From: Candidatus Melainabacteria bacterium | Lineage (GTDB): Bacteria; Cyanobacteriota; Vampirovibrionia; LMEP-6097 | Direction: 5' to 3' | NCBI GenBank assembly: GCA_018695135.1 | Contig: JABHOV010000059.1 | Coordinates: forward strand, 12,133 to 76,132 | DNA: 64,000 bases | Part shown: piece by piece, positions 9,921 through 19,328 of the stretch | Layout of the letters: each line of letters starts with the position of its first letter | Numbering within the stretch: the stretch's first letter is position 1 | Program-made: the position numbers and the translations under genes | The notes under the pieces: generated by a model | What the model saw: the letters and a program-made list of their open reading frames with translations, nothing else | What the model was told of the DNA's origin: nothing | The model's database searches: none

Positions 9921-10808
9921 ATGCAGCTTCAGGATCTCAATTTATCAGAGCTTACGAAAGTAGCGATTCACAAAAGTGTGTCAGAAGAACTTATTTTTGA
10001 TGCCAATGTTTCTGTAGCTTTGTTTCAATTAGGCGAGCCGCCAATGACCTATTATCATCTGCATGGCGCAGAGAATTATCATCCTGCTAGTTTAATTAAA
10101 TTATTTCAAGCTTACTTGGCTAAATACAAAATCCAAAGCAATGTTGTAGATTTTGCCAGAGAAAAAATAGCCGAAACAGATTCTTTTGCATCATCTAATC
10201 ATATGGAGGATGTTTACCAGGCAATCGAGGCAAGTCTCAAAGACTCTGATAATGATGCTTTGAGTTATTTAGTGGACTACAATAGTGGTGTTTGTTCAGG
10301 TCCCCGGCTTGACGAAGAGGATTTTGCTATTTTTAAAGAAGCGCGCGGCGAGCTTAGTGAGTTTTTTCACGGACGAGGTTATAGCAAGAGCCTCAATATT
10401 CCAGGCAAGTGTTTTAGTTTTGCACCTTACGGTAGAGAGACTCAATTGAGCTTGGAGACAGGCGGGCTTGGAACTAATAGCATCAGTGTTCAAGATGTTG
10501 TACAAATTATGTACGCAATCAAAGTTGATTTCCCTGAATTATTAGAATCATTGAGGCGAGATATTGATGACACGGAAGATGAGCAAGTGCAGTTTATTGC
10601 AACTGGTTTGCGCTGCTACAGTGATCAAATTGAGGCTTACTATTCCAAGGCAGGTTGGACTTCGAGGGTTAGGCATGACGTGGCTTATATCAAGGTTAGA
10701 ACAGGCGAAGAATATATTTTGGCAATCATGACTAAGAATTTAAGTGAGTGTACTGATTTGATTCCCGAGATTGCAGAGTGGGTTATAGGATCTTTGTTTA
10801 AAGATTAA
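9921..10808 (+). CDS. Serine hydrolase, class A beta-lactamase-like
   Basis: SLIK (SxxK), SDN and KAGW(KTG-like) elements in expected order. Confidence 0.5.
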   Translation: MQLQDLNLSELTKVAIHKSVSEELIFDANVSVALFQLGEPPMTYYHLHGAENYHPASLIKLFQAYLAKYKIQSNVVDFAREKIAETDSFASSNHMEDVYQAIEASLKDSDNDALSYLVDYNSGVCSGPRLDEEDFAIFKEARGELSEFFHGRGYSKSLNIPGKCFSFAPYGRETQLSLETGGLGTNSISVQDVVQIMYAIKVDFPELLESLRRDIDDTEDEQVQFIATGLRCYSDQIEAYYSKAGWTSRVRHDVAYIKVRTGEEYILAIMTKNLSECTDLIPEIAEWVIGSLFKD

Positions 10809-10811
10809 CTG

Positions 10812-10860
10812 CCTTAAGTGAGTGCAAAGCTCTCTCGTGAGCTTTGCGCTCACTTAAGAC
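10812..10860. terminator. Bidirectional hairpin between convergent genes (CTTAAGTGAGTGCAAAGCTC..GAGCTTTGCGCTCACTTAAG)
   Basis: 20-bp inverted repeat read in sequence; no strong U-run. Confidence 0.5.
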
Positions 10861-10862
10861 GG

Positions 10863-11285
10863 TTAATCTTTGCCATCAATACTAAATTTGCCAGCACCAT
10901 GAGTTAGCAAGACGGAGAGCATTATAAAGTAGTAAAAAGGAATTTCAAAACCGTTAGCACTTGCAGCAAAACCGTTTTTAAAATGCACAACAAAGATTGC
11001 AACGAGCATTGTTACCATTAGTGGTAGCGCAAAGAATCTGGTTTTGAGGCCAAGCACTAAGGCAATTACACCAAGAGATTCTGCTCCTGTTGCCATAACC
11101 GCATTGAGATATGGAAATGGTAAGTGAAGACTATGTTCAAACCACATAACGATGTCGTTGAAATGAGTTAGTTTCTTGAGTGCAGGTTCATAAAAGCCAT
11201 AAGCTAGTGTGAAACGCAAAATCAATAAAGAGAGATCAGCAAAAGAGCTAGTAATTCTATTATATAAGGCTATTAAACTGTTCAT
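10863..11285 (-). CDS. DoxX family membrane protein
   Basis: Four TM helices, DoxX-like length and motif layout. Confidence 0.65.
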   Translation of the reverse strand: MNSLIALYNRITSSFADLSLLILRFTLAYGFYEPALKKLTHFNDIVMWFEHSLHLPFPYLNAVMATGAESLGVIALVLGLKTRFFALPLMVTMLVAIFVVHFKNGFAASANGFEIPFYYFIMLSVLLTHGAGKFSIDGKD

Positions 11286-11439
11286 GGCTTAAGCATAAAC
11301 CTGTGAATGATAGCTGTCAAAAACCAATAGGTACATACGTTATATTCTCAGGGAAAGCTTTTTGAACTGATAGTCTGCAAAGGCTTATGGAGAGAGGATG
11401 AATTTAACGGAGCTATTGTTTAATTGCTTAATAGGATTA

Positions 11440-11560
11440 AACCGGTTTTTATTAGAGATCCTGCAAAACTTTGTTTTGCTAGTGATGTCGACACAAAAAA
11501 GTTTGGAACGGTGCGAAGCGCTAGTTCCTGGAGTGAAGAGGATGGGCTTTTTTACAATAA
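11440..11560. repeat. Family 1 structured repeat, intergenic copy (core CCTGCAAAAC-TTT-GTTTTGCTAGTGATGTCGACA..GGAACGGTGCGAAGCGCTAGTTCC)
   Basis: Shares a ~70-nt core with copies at 14545-14665 and 58255-58370. Confidence 0.85.
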
Positions 11561-11899
11561 GTCTAATGAAATGGAGCAAGGCTTTGCCGTCTCCTCGTTT
11601 GAACCGTATTAAAATAAATAAATCCAGTCAAAAACAATATCAATATGTTTTAGGAGAATTTATTTTGCTGAAGACAAAGTATCAGGTTTGGACAAAAGCG
11701 TTAGACAAAAAGATTGAAAAGCCCAAAGAGATTTTTGAAGTTAAGATCTTAGATTAGCTTTATTTAATTTAAATGAGGTAGATGTTTTGCTTTAGTACAA
11801 GGCGCAAGTCGCCTGAAGAACCGGAGTTATGTGAGCCCATAATGAGGATTCTGAAGACGGCGAAGTAACGCAGTAATAAAGTGAAACGGCACCGGAATT

Positions 11900-12943
11900 T
11901 TACCAGTCGTCAATAATGGCACCCTTGGCATACTCAGTTGCTCTTGTCTCAAAGAAATTAGCATGCTCTTTACCATTCACCATAAGGTTGAGCCAAGGTA
12001 GAGGGTTTTCTGCAACGTCATAAATCGGTTCAAGATTTAAATCGCCGAGGCGTTTATTGGCAACATATCTAATATAGAGCTTGACGTCATTTGGACAGAG
12101 TCCCTCTACCGCTCCTAGTGCAAAACAAGTATCAATAAAGTTGTCTTCAAGTAAAACCATTTCATCGCAGGCTTTATAAAGCTCTTGCCTAAATTTTTCA
12201 GTCCAAAGTTCTGGTTTCTCTTTAATAAATTCTCTAAAGAGACTGCATACACCTTCGGAGTGAAGAGACTCATCACGAATTGACCAAGTAATGATTTGCC
12301 CCACGTTTTTGAGTAAGCCGCGACGCGGGAAGTTCATTAGGATTGCAAAACTTGCAAAGAGACTAACTCCTTCCATAAAGCCACCAAAGACAGCAAGGTT
12401 GCGTGCGATGTCTTGATCGTTTTTGATTGAAAAGTTTTGTAGGTATTCGTACTTGTTTTTCATTGCCTCGTATTCACGGAAGGCTTTGTATTCGACTTCT
12501 GGCAAGCCAAGAGTATCATTCAAGTGAGAGTAAGCCCAAACATGAATGGTTTCCATCGCTGCAAAGCTAGTAAGCATCATAGTGATTTCTGGTTTAGGAA
12601 AAACGTGAACTAGTTGTTGGTTGTAATTGTTTTGTACTTCTAGGTCACCTTGAGTGAAGAAGCGCAGTACTTGAATAATCAAGTTGGATTCCTGAGCCGT
12701 TAGTTTAGTTTTGAAGTCAACGATATCATCAGCCATTGGCACCTCAGTTGGTAGCCAGTGCGCTTGTTGTTGTAGTTTGAAGTACTCAAAGCATTGCGGA
12801 TATTCAAAAGGCTTGTAGTAATCTCGGACGGTTAATAGACCAGTGGTTTCACTGCTTTCGTATACGCGGTTTTCTTCAGCTTCAACAGCTTCTGTTGTGT
12901 CTGTTTCAAAATCATCTATTAGTACTTGTGTTTGTGGGCTCAT
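11900..12943 (-). CDS. nrdB: Class I ribonucleotide reductase beta (R2) subunit
   Basis: Di-iron ligand helices (EAIHVWAYSHL, EGV.LFASFAIL..), C-terminal tail. Confidence 0.9.
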   Translation of the reverse strand: MSPQTQVLIDDFETDTTEAVEAEENRVYESSETTGLLTVRDYYKPFEYPQCFEYFKLQQQAHWLPTEVPMADDIVDFKTKLTAQESNLIIQVLRFFTQGDLEVQNNYNQQLVHVFPKPEITMMLTSFAAMETIHVWAYSHLNDTLGLPEVEYKAFREYEAMKNKYEYLQNFSIKNDQDIARNLAVFGGFMEGVSLFASFAILMNFPRRGLLKNVGQIITWSIRDESLHSEGVCSLFREFIKEKPELWTEKFRQELYKACDEMVLLEDNFIDTCFALGAVEGLCPNDVKLYIRYVANKRLGDLNLEPIYDVAENPLPWLNLMVNGKEHANFFETRATEYAKGAIIDDW

Positions 12944-13221
12944 ATTTATTCTTTAGTTTTTAAGACGCTTAAGGTTTTCTTTAGATCCCGGATATAGTGT
13001 CTTGATACTTAAATTTCTTTAATTGAACACTGGATCTAGGGTTTCTCTAGCAGCCTCTTTCTTTCCTTGGCTAGAGCGTCTACTAAATATAGGTCCTTTT
13101 GACCTTGAATTCAAGTGGCAAGTCAGTAATAAAAATCTAATATTGGAGCAGATTCTGCTCTATGCCAGTTGGGCTCTAGGCTTTGTTCCCGAGATCGCAG
13201 TAATTAAAAGAGTTTAATGCA

Positions 13222-13668
13222 TTAATGCTCTTGACTGTGGAGAGGATTGCTGCAGCTAGTTTCACAGTCATAATGATGACAAAGTCTTAGGTTAATAAAA
13301 TGTGAAATGGCAATTGAAAGGCCACCAAGGCCCATGGAGATTGGATGAGGCATGATGCTTTGAATACTTTGATTTCCTTCGAAATGATGTGAGAGAAAGA
13401 AAAGCGCAGCACCGAGCAGTAATAAATAAAACGGTTCAAAACTACGATGCTTTTTGAGAAAGCCCCAGGCGGTGCTCAGGAAGGCAAGTCCAACTGTAAC
13501 CATCAAGAAGATCGCTTCAAACTTTTCTTCAAACAAAAAGCCAAGTCCAATCAGTGGCGCTATTGTAATCAACAAAGGAGTGAGTGCACAATGGATTGCA
13601 CAGAGCGTACTTGCGCCCATTCCGATTCTATCTACTATTTTTTGTTTTGACATTTGCTTGGTCGTCAT
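13222..13668 (-). CDS. Small membrane protein, MerC-like
   Basis: TM helices with CAIHCALTPLL-type cysteine pair. Confidence 0.35.
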   Translation of the reverse strand: MTTKQMSKQKIVDRIGMGASTLCAIHCALTPLLITIAPLIGLGFLFEEKFEAIFLMVTVGLAFLSTAWGFLKKHRSFEPFYLLLLGAALFFLSHHFEGNQSIQSIMPHPISMGLGGLSIAISHFINLRLCHHYDCETSCSNPLHSQEH

Positions 13669-13728
13669 CCTGTTTCGTCAGGACCTCGTGGCTAATATTC
13701 TAGCTTTCTTGGCTATTTAAGTGAATTA

Positions 13729-13758
13729 TTGGCAGATTTGTGGATGAATATGTATAAT
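13729..13758 (+). promoter_or_regulatory. Candidate promoter TTGGCA-18bp-TATAAT upstream of the Fic gene
   Basis: Hexamers read in sequence. Confidence 0.35.
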
Positions 13759-13769
13759 TATGGATAGAA

Positions 13770-14987
13770 ATGGATAGAAATGGACAAAGATTGGACAATG
13801 TCATCAGCCTTGATCTAAAGCTACAAGGTTTGATTAGTTCTAAATTAAAAAACATTGATCAGTTTAATCTAACTTGGTCAGAATTCGAGTTGAAGGAATC
13901 ACAAGAGTTTTTGCGTGAACTTAAAGAGCTTTCTACTATTCAGAGTATTGGTTCTTCTACGAGAATTGAGGGTTCTAAATTACAAGATGATGAAATTAAA
14001 ACCTTGATCGATAATTTAGATATTAATAAGCTTAAGTCGCGTGATGAAGAGGAAGTGAGCGGCTATTATGAAGCTCTTGATTTGATCTACGAAAATCATG
14101 AGAATTTATTTTTGAGTGAATCATATATAAAGCAATTGCATGCAATTTCGCTTAAGTATAGTTCAAAGGATACTCGCCACCGAGGAGATTATAAATCATT
14201 GTCTAATAAAGTGGTTGCTCAGTATCCTGATGGAAGTTCCAGGGTCGTTTTTGATACTACTGAGCCATACCTAGTGGCAAAAGAGATGACTGATTTGATT
14301 GATTGGTCTAATGAAAGACTTTCATATTCTGGGATTCATTCCTTGATGGTGATAGCTGTTTTTGTTTATGAGTTTCTTTCTATTCACCCTTTTCAAGATG
14401 GCAATGGCCGTTTGTCTCGCTTACTGACCAACTTGTTAATGATGAAGTCAGGTTATAAGTTTGTTCAATATATTTCTTTTGAGCATGTGATTGAACAAAG
14501 AAAAAAAGAATACTATCAAAATCTAATGGAGGCTCAGTCTCAGCGGTTTACGAGACACCCTGCAAAACATGGTTTTGCTAGTGATGTCGACATAAATAAG
14601 GTCGGAACTGTGCGAAGCGCCAGTTCCGCTAATGAAGAGGCGGAGGGCTTTCATGTGAACTGTGCCGCAAGGGAAGATCTTGGCATGTGGATGGTATATT
14701 TCTTAGATTGTGTTGAAAACCTAATCTCAAAACTTAAAACTAAGTTGCACACAAATGATGATCATTGTTTAGATGATTCTGGAGTAAATTTAAGTTCAAC
14801 TCAGAAACAAATCTACACTTTGATCAGCACGAATAAGTCTAGTAAAGTTGAGGATCTGATGAAAGTTTTTCCTGAGATAACGAGACCGACTATTAAATAT
14901 AGTTTGTCGAGGCTTGTTGAGCTTGGTTTAATCAGTCGCCATGGAAGAGGGCGAGGGACTTGGTACCAGACCGCTAAAGCTTACTAA
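13770..14987 (+). CDS. Fic family protein (AMPylase/Doc-like) with N-terminal inhibitory motif STRIEG and C-terminal winged HTH; carries in-frame family-1 repeat
   Basis: HPFQDGNGRLSRLL Fic motif; (S/T)xxxE(G/N) motif near the N-terminus. Confidence 0.85.
   Translation: MDRNGQRLDNVISLDLKLQGLISSKLKNIDQFNLTWSEFELKESQEFLRELKELSTIQSIGSSTRIEGSKLQDDEIKTLIDNLDINKLKSRDEEEVSGYYEALDLIYENHENLFLSESYIKQLHAISLKYSSKDTRHRGDYKSLSNKVVAQYPDGSSRVVFDTTEPYLVAKEMTDLIDWSNERLSYSGIHSLMVIAVFVYEFLSIHPFQDGNGRLSRLLTNLLMMKSGYKFVQYISFEHVIEQRKKEYYQNLMEAQSQRFTRHPAKHGFASDVDINKVGTVRSASSANEEAEGFHVNCAAREDLGMWMVYFLDCVENLISKLKTKLHTNDDHCLDDSGVNLSSTQKQIYTLISTNKSSKVEDLMKVFPEITRPTIKYSLSRLVELGLISRHGRGRGTWYQTAKAY
14545..14665. repeat. 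Family 1 structured repeat inserted in frame in the Fic ORF (encodes ..RHPAKHGFASDVDINKVGTVRSASSANEEAEGF..)
   Basis: Nucleotide identity to copies at 11460-11528 and 58266-58345. Confidence 0.85.
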
Positions 14988-16284
14988 TCCTAAGCTCTCT
15001 AACCCTGTTGTTAGAATGTTGCTCAATGCTTAGTATATAACCATCAACTATTACTTCATTACCAACTTTGGGTTCGGTGCCGATTTGTCCAAAGACAAAA
15101 CCACCGATGGTATCAAAACGTTTGGATGAGAATTTGGAGCCAAGTATTTCATTTATTTCATGAAGATTGGTAAGACCATTAACAAGGTAGTCGCCATTAG
15201 CAAGTTCTTGAATCTCTGGAGTCTCCTCTTCATCCTCATCTTCAATCTCACCAAAAATCTCTTCAATAATATCTTCTACTGTAACCAATCCAGTTACACC
15301 ACCAAATTCATCAATCAAAATCGCCACTGGTTTTTTATGTTCTTGCATTAATTCAATTAGATCAATGACATACATACCATCTGTGACTTTGAGCGCGTCG
15401 TTTGCAATAGACTTGATGTTGTTGTTAGTGTCCCCAGTTTCATAGGATTTGAGAATATCTTTGATGCTGATGTAGCCAACAATATTATCGACTTTTTCGT
15501 GATAGACAGGGAAGCGGGTAAAGGTTGTTTTATTGGTTTCGTGTGCAGCCTCAGCAATTGAGAGTTTGTCATTAAGGCAAATCATATCTGAGCGCGGCAC
15601 CATAACGTCACGTGCGATGGTGTCATTGAATTCAAAAACATTTTGCATTAGTTGTTCTTCTTCTGCTTCCAAGACACCTTGTGCTTGAGAAGAACTGAGT
15701 ATCATCTTGAGTTCAGCCTCAGAGTGAGCGGTGTCATTGAAGTTGAGTTCGATGCCCAAAAGTCTTAAAACGAAGTTGGCACAAGCATTGAGTACGTGTA
15801 CAGGGAACTTGAATAACCAATAAAGTGATCTTAGGAAATAGGCAAGCTTGAGGCTAGTTTCTTCTGCGTTGATAATGGCGATGTTTTTAGGAACTACTTC
15901 ACCAAGAATTACATGGAAGAAAGTCACAATGGAGATTGCAATAATGATTGATATAACGTGTTCATCAAGCGGCAAAGCAAATTGATGTATCAGTGGAGTG
16001 ATCCATTTTTCTATTCTGGCTTCAGCAACGGCACCAAGAGAAAGGCTGGCAATAGTGATACCGACTTGGCAAGCAGAAATATAGTCATTGATATTGACTA
16101 TCATTTTTTGTAAAACTCGGGCTGCTTTGATTTGGCTTGATGAATAGCTATTGTCTTCAGATTCTACAATTTGATCTATGTGAGTTTTACGAACTCTAGC
16201 AATAGCAAATTCTGCTGCTACAAAACTACCATTGAGAAGTATTAATCCAAAAATTAGCAGTATTGAGTATAGGTTTTCTAGCAT
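14974..16284 (-). CDS. HlyC/CorC (CNNM) family transporter: DUF21-CBS pair-CorC_HlyC
   Basis: Four N-terminal TM helices, tandem CBS, C-terminal transporter-associated domain. Confidence 0.85.
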   Translation of the reverse strand: MLENLYSILLIFGLILLNGSFVAAEFAIARVRKTHIDQIVESEDNSYSSSQIKAARVLQKMIVNINDYISACQVGITIASLSLGAVAEARIEKWITPLIHQFALPLDEHVISIIIAISIVTFFHVILGEVVPKNIAIINAEETSLKLAYFLRSLYWLFKFPVHVLNACANFVLRLLGIELNFNDTAHSEAELKMILSSSQAQGVLEAEEEQLMQNVFEFNDTIARDVMVPRSDMICLNDKLSIAEAAHETNKTTFTRFPVYHEKVDNIVGYISIKDILKSYETGDTNNNIKSIANDALKVTDGMYVIDLIELMQEHKKPVAILIDEFGGVTGLVTVEDIIEEIFGEIEDEDEEETPEIQELANGDYLVNGLTNLHEINEILGSKFSSKRFDTIGGFVFGQIGTEPKVGNEVIVDGYILSIEQHSNNRVRELRISKL

Positions 16285-16307
16285 TGTGCTGTTTTAATTA
16301 TACCCAT

Positions 16308-16397
16308 TGGGGTCGTATCCTGACATTGGACATTTCTACGGGTTAGGTATTATCACCTTGTTATTAGTTCAAAATGTCCAATGTCAGGATACGACCC
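16308..16397. repeat. Family 2 palindromic element: 26-bp arms GGGTCGTATCCTGACATTGGACATTT / reverse complement around a ~36-nt unique loop
   Basis: Exact inverted repeat; same arms at 47237-47325 and 54184-54276. Confidence 0.9.
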
Positions 16398-16451
16398 TGA
16401 TGGGTCATATGGACTATCTAGATATCCCAGTTAAAGCCGATTAACTATTAT

Positions 16452-17318
16452 ATGAATTTCTCTTTAATTAGAATAGTTGTGATGATCTCTATTTTGTTCT
16501 CCAGTTCAATGGCCCAGGCTGCTGAAACAGGGACCTCTGGTTTGAACCCGGAAACGCTTTCAGCCGGAATTGTTCATCAAGACGGCTACTACTTACCAAA
16601 AGGTATGCAAGTACCAATTAGTTTAAACACTCCGCTTGATACTAGGCTCACTCAAACTGGTGATCAGGTAACTGCACAAGTGACAGAAGATGTTTTGGTT
16701 GGTGACTATGTGATTATTCCAGCGAATAGTTTTGTGCATGGTTATATTTCTGAATTCAAGGGACCAGGCAATTGGGGCAGAGATCCTAAATTAGAAATTC
16801 AATTTGATACTATCTCGCTTCCTTCGGGAACGGATAGACGTTTTGTAAAGATCAAAGCAAGTGTCAAGGAGGTTGCTTTGCAAAGAAATAGCAAGCCAGT
16901 AACTGATGGCAGAATGACTTATAAATCGAAGAAAAAAATATTTGGTGCTACGGCAGGCGTTGGTGCTGCTGTCACAAGTTATGGTGTTATTGAGTTTGTA
17001 AGACCGTTTGCTAGCTACGGGATAGGAGGAATGTTAGACAATGTCTTCATTTTAGGTAGCGGGCTGACGGGGGCTTACCTAGCAACCAAAATGATTACAA
17101 AGGATGATATGCGAATTGAATCTGGCACAAGACTAGAAATGATTATGGACGCACCAGCACTCGAAACTTTTGCTGAGGCGCATGCTCTGTCACACAATTT
17201 AACTAAGGACCTTTCTGATGAAGAAGAATTGCAAACAGCCGTGAATGATGATCCAGGACTGGCTTATGACAAGATTGGTAATTTGGAATCGATTCCGCTT
17301 AATTATATAGAAAATTGA
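16452..17318 (+). CDS. Secreted hypothetical protein (signal peptide ..SSSMAQA)
   Basis: Long ORF with N-terminal signal. Confidence 0.45.
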   Translation: MNFSLIRIVVMISILFSSSMAQAAETGTSGLNPETLSAGIVHQDGYYLPKGMQVPISLNTPLDTRLTQTGDQVTAQVTEDVLVGDYVIIPANSFVHGYISEFKGPGNWGRDPKLEIQFDTISLPSGTDRRFVKIKASVKEVALQRNSKPVTDGRMTYKSKKKIFGATAGVGAAVTSYGVIEFVRPFASYGIGGMLDNVFILGSGLTGAYLATKMITKDDMRIESGTRLEMIMDAPALETFAEAHALSHNLTKDLSDEEELQTAVNDDPGLAYDKIGNLESIPLNYIEN

Positions 17319-17356
17319 AGTTCACCGATGCAGAGCATCGGTGATTAAAATCGGCA

Positions 17357-17389
17357 AAAAAAAGCTCACTCCGAAGAGTGAGCTTTTTA
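17357..17389. terminator. Bidirectional rho-independent terminator AAAAAAAAGCTCACTCCGAAGAGTGAGCTTTTT
   Basis: 8-bp GC-containing stem flanked by A-run and T-run between convergent genes. Confidence 0.8.
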
Positions 17390-17415
17390 GATAGTTTGCC
17401 ATTAAAGACTTGAAC

Positions 17416-17970
17416 TTACGCTTCGCTTTGAGTTTCTTCAGCAGCAGCTGGAGCAGCACTTTGTGGTGCAGTTACGTCAATGATTTTAACTTCAAAAGTA
17501 AGATCTTGACCAGCAAGTGGGTGGTTGTAATCCATTGTTACTTCTGTGTCAGAAACGCCAACTACTTTCATAGGTGTTTGTTTGACCTCACCTGTAGCAA
17601 GTTTGTTGTTTGCAAAAATAACCACGCCTTCTTTTAGATCAACACCTTTGAATCTTTCGTCTCTAGGAATTTTCACTACTTTGCTTGGATCAGCAACGCC
17701 ATAAGCATCTTCAGCCTTAAGTGTGAATTTGCCAGATTTGCCGGCGCTGATTTTTGCGATATGCTCTTCGAACTTAGGAAGCACTTGACCAGATCCCATA
17801 AGGAAACTAAGTGGTGCTTTACCATCTGTTGAATCAAAAACTGTACCGTCTTTGAGCGTACCTTTGTACTCTACTTTAACTACCGAACCACTTGTGATTT
17901 TTGGTGCTGTTGAACATGCAGTTATTGAGACTGCTAGTAACACTGCTACTAATAATTTTATTTGTTTCAT
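17416..17970 (-). CDS. FKBP-type peptidyl-prolyl isomerase lipoprotein (SlyD/FkpA-like)
   Basis: Lipobox LLAVSITAC, FKBP core residues, insert-in-flap layout. Confidence 0.75.
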   Translation of the reverse strand: MKQIKLLVAVLLAVSITACSTAPKITSGSVVKVEYKGTLKDGTVFDSTDGKAPLSFLMGSGQVLPKFEEHIAKISAGKSGKFTLKAEDAYGVADPSKVVKIPRDERFKGVDLKEGVVIFANNKLATGEVKQTPMKVVGVSDTEVTMDYNHPLAGQDLTFEVKIIDVTAPQSAAPAAAEETQSEA

Positions 17971-18111
17971 TTTGAAAAATACTCCTTGTATTTACTGATT
18001 GTCTTAAAAGACCACTTTAGTCTACAATACTATGAACCCATTTTCAAAGTTTTTTTGCAAAATTGAAGATTAAGATTTGCTGAGACTCGCCATGTTACAA
18101 TTCTTATCTGT

Positions 18112-18546
18112 ATGTTTAAGTTGGCATCATTACCTAATACAGATCAAATTCAGCATGTATTGCCACTAATGCAGGAAGGTCTTGAGCGTTTGCAAAAAAG
18201 CTATCTTGAACAAACAGTCCTGGCAGACCAGCTTCCCCTGAGACAACAACAAATATTGCATGCATCTAAGCCATTTTTGGATGATTCTGAAGATCTTCAG
18301 GGCTTGCATGATATTTTAAAAACTAATGTTGAAATGCAGCAAGAAACAATGAGTTTATTGGCGGCAGTTCAAAGCTTTGCAAGAAAATATATCATCGCTT
18401 TTGAGAAAGGACTCGTTTCAGCAACTGTGCCGGACAAACTATTCTCTTTGGCAGCAAACATAATGGCACATTTACGATCACCTATTAACCAGGTTATAAA
18501 AGAATCGGCGAGTGAGATTTCAAAGCACTTAGATACTGGTAATTAA
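18112..18546 (+). CDS. Hypothetical protein 144 aa
   Basis: ORF only. Confidence 0.35.
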   Translation: MFKLASLPNTDQIQHVLPLMQEGLERLQKSYLEQTVLADQLPLRQQQILHASKPFLDDSEDLQGLHDILKTNVEMQQETMSLLAAVQSFARKYIIAFEKGLVSATVPDKLFSLAANIMAHLRSPINQVIKESASEISKHLDTGN

Positions 18547-19181
18547 CCCACCATATCAACTGACTGATAATCCTCTCTTGCTAAATAATCACGCATAATG
18601 CTTTTGACATAGTTTTGAGTTTCTTTGTAAGGAGGAATGTCGCCGTGTCTTTCGACAGCTTGCGGACCGGCGTTATAGGCGGCAAGTGATTTTTGGAGAT
18701 TGCCATCAAATCGTTGCAGCATCTGCGCAAGATACTCTACTCCTCCTTTGAGGTTTTGATAAGGGTTCATTGAATTGTGTACACCAACTGACTTGGCTGT
18801 TGCTGGCATCAATTGCATCAAGCCTTCAGCGCCAGCATGACTCTTGGCATTTGGATTGAAGCCAGACTCTTGTTTGATAAGGCTTTTGACTAAGTTACTC
18901 GGTAGCTCCACACCATAGCGTAGACTAGTTTCATGAGTGACTTGATCGATATAGTTTTCAAACTTGCTTGGTAATTTAGAAAAATCATCTTGCTTAATAG
19001 TCGCTTTGACTGTTGCTCTGACTTCTTGAGTGTTGATACTGCTTTGTAGCAGATTTGCAAAACCACCAGCGATCGTTTTGCCTGGGTCATTTGCTTTAAA
19101 CTTGGCAGCAAATTTGTTGTCTATCTGATTTAGATAGTTATCAATTTGTGACAGTTTTTGTTGTATGAAATCTATTGACAT
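18543..19181 (-). CDS. Lytic transglycosylase (SLT domain)
   Basis: ESGFNPNAKSHAGAEGLMQLMPATA .. AYNAG motifs. Confidence 0.85.
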   Translation of the reverse strand: MSIDFIQQKLSQIDNYLNQIDNKFAAKFKANDPGKTIAGGFANLLQSSINTQEVRATVKATIKQDDFSKLPSKFENYIDQVTHETSLRYGVELPSNLVKSLIKQESGFNPNAKSHAGAEGLMQLMPATAKSVGVHNSMNPYQNLKGGVEYLAQMLQRFDGNLQKSLAAYNAGPQAVERHGDIPPYKETQNYVKSIMRDYLAREDYQSVDMVG

Positions 19182-19284
19182 GGTTCGCTACCTATAGAAA
19201 TTGAACCCTGTTCTAGCTTCAGTTACCTAGCCCTAAAAGCCCAAAAATATTGAGCTCTATAGGCTTTTGGGCTATTTGAGTCTT

Positions 19285-19319
19285 TAATATAACTCAATCT
19301 TAGTAATTTATGGTATAAT
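19285..19319 (+). promoter_or_regulatory. Extended -10 promoter TGgTATAAT (19311-19319) ending ~10 nt upstream of the antitoxin start
   Basis: Read in sequence; weak -35. Confidence 0.4.
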
Positions 19320-19328
19320 ATAGTAATA

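Noticed and set aside
11385-11757. Three small ORFs (119, 62 and 64 aa) in the nrdB-doxX intergenic region.
   Set aside because: They are driven by the family-1 repeat sequence, which also reads open in frame. There is no independent support.
12944-13020. Possible NrdR box upstream of nrdB (..GGATATAGTGTC..).
   Set aside because: Only a half-site matches ATATAGTGT. There is no second box or proper palindrome.
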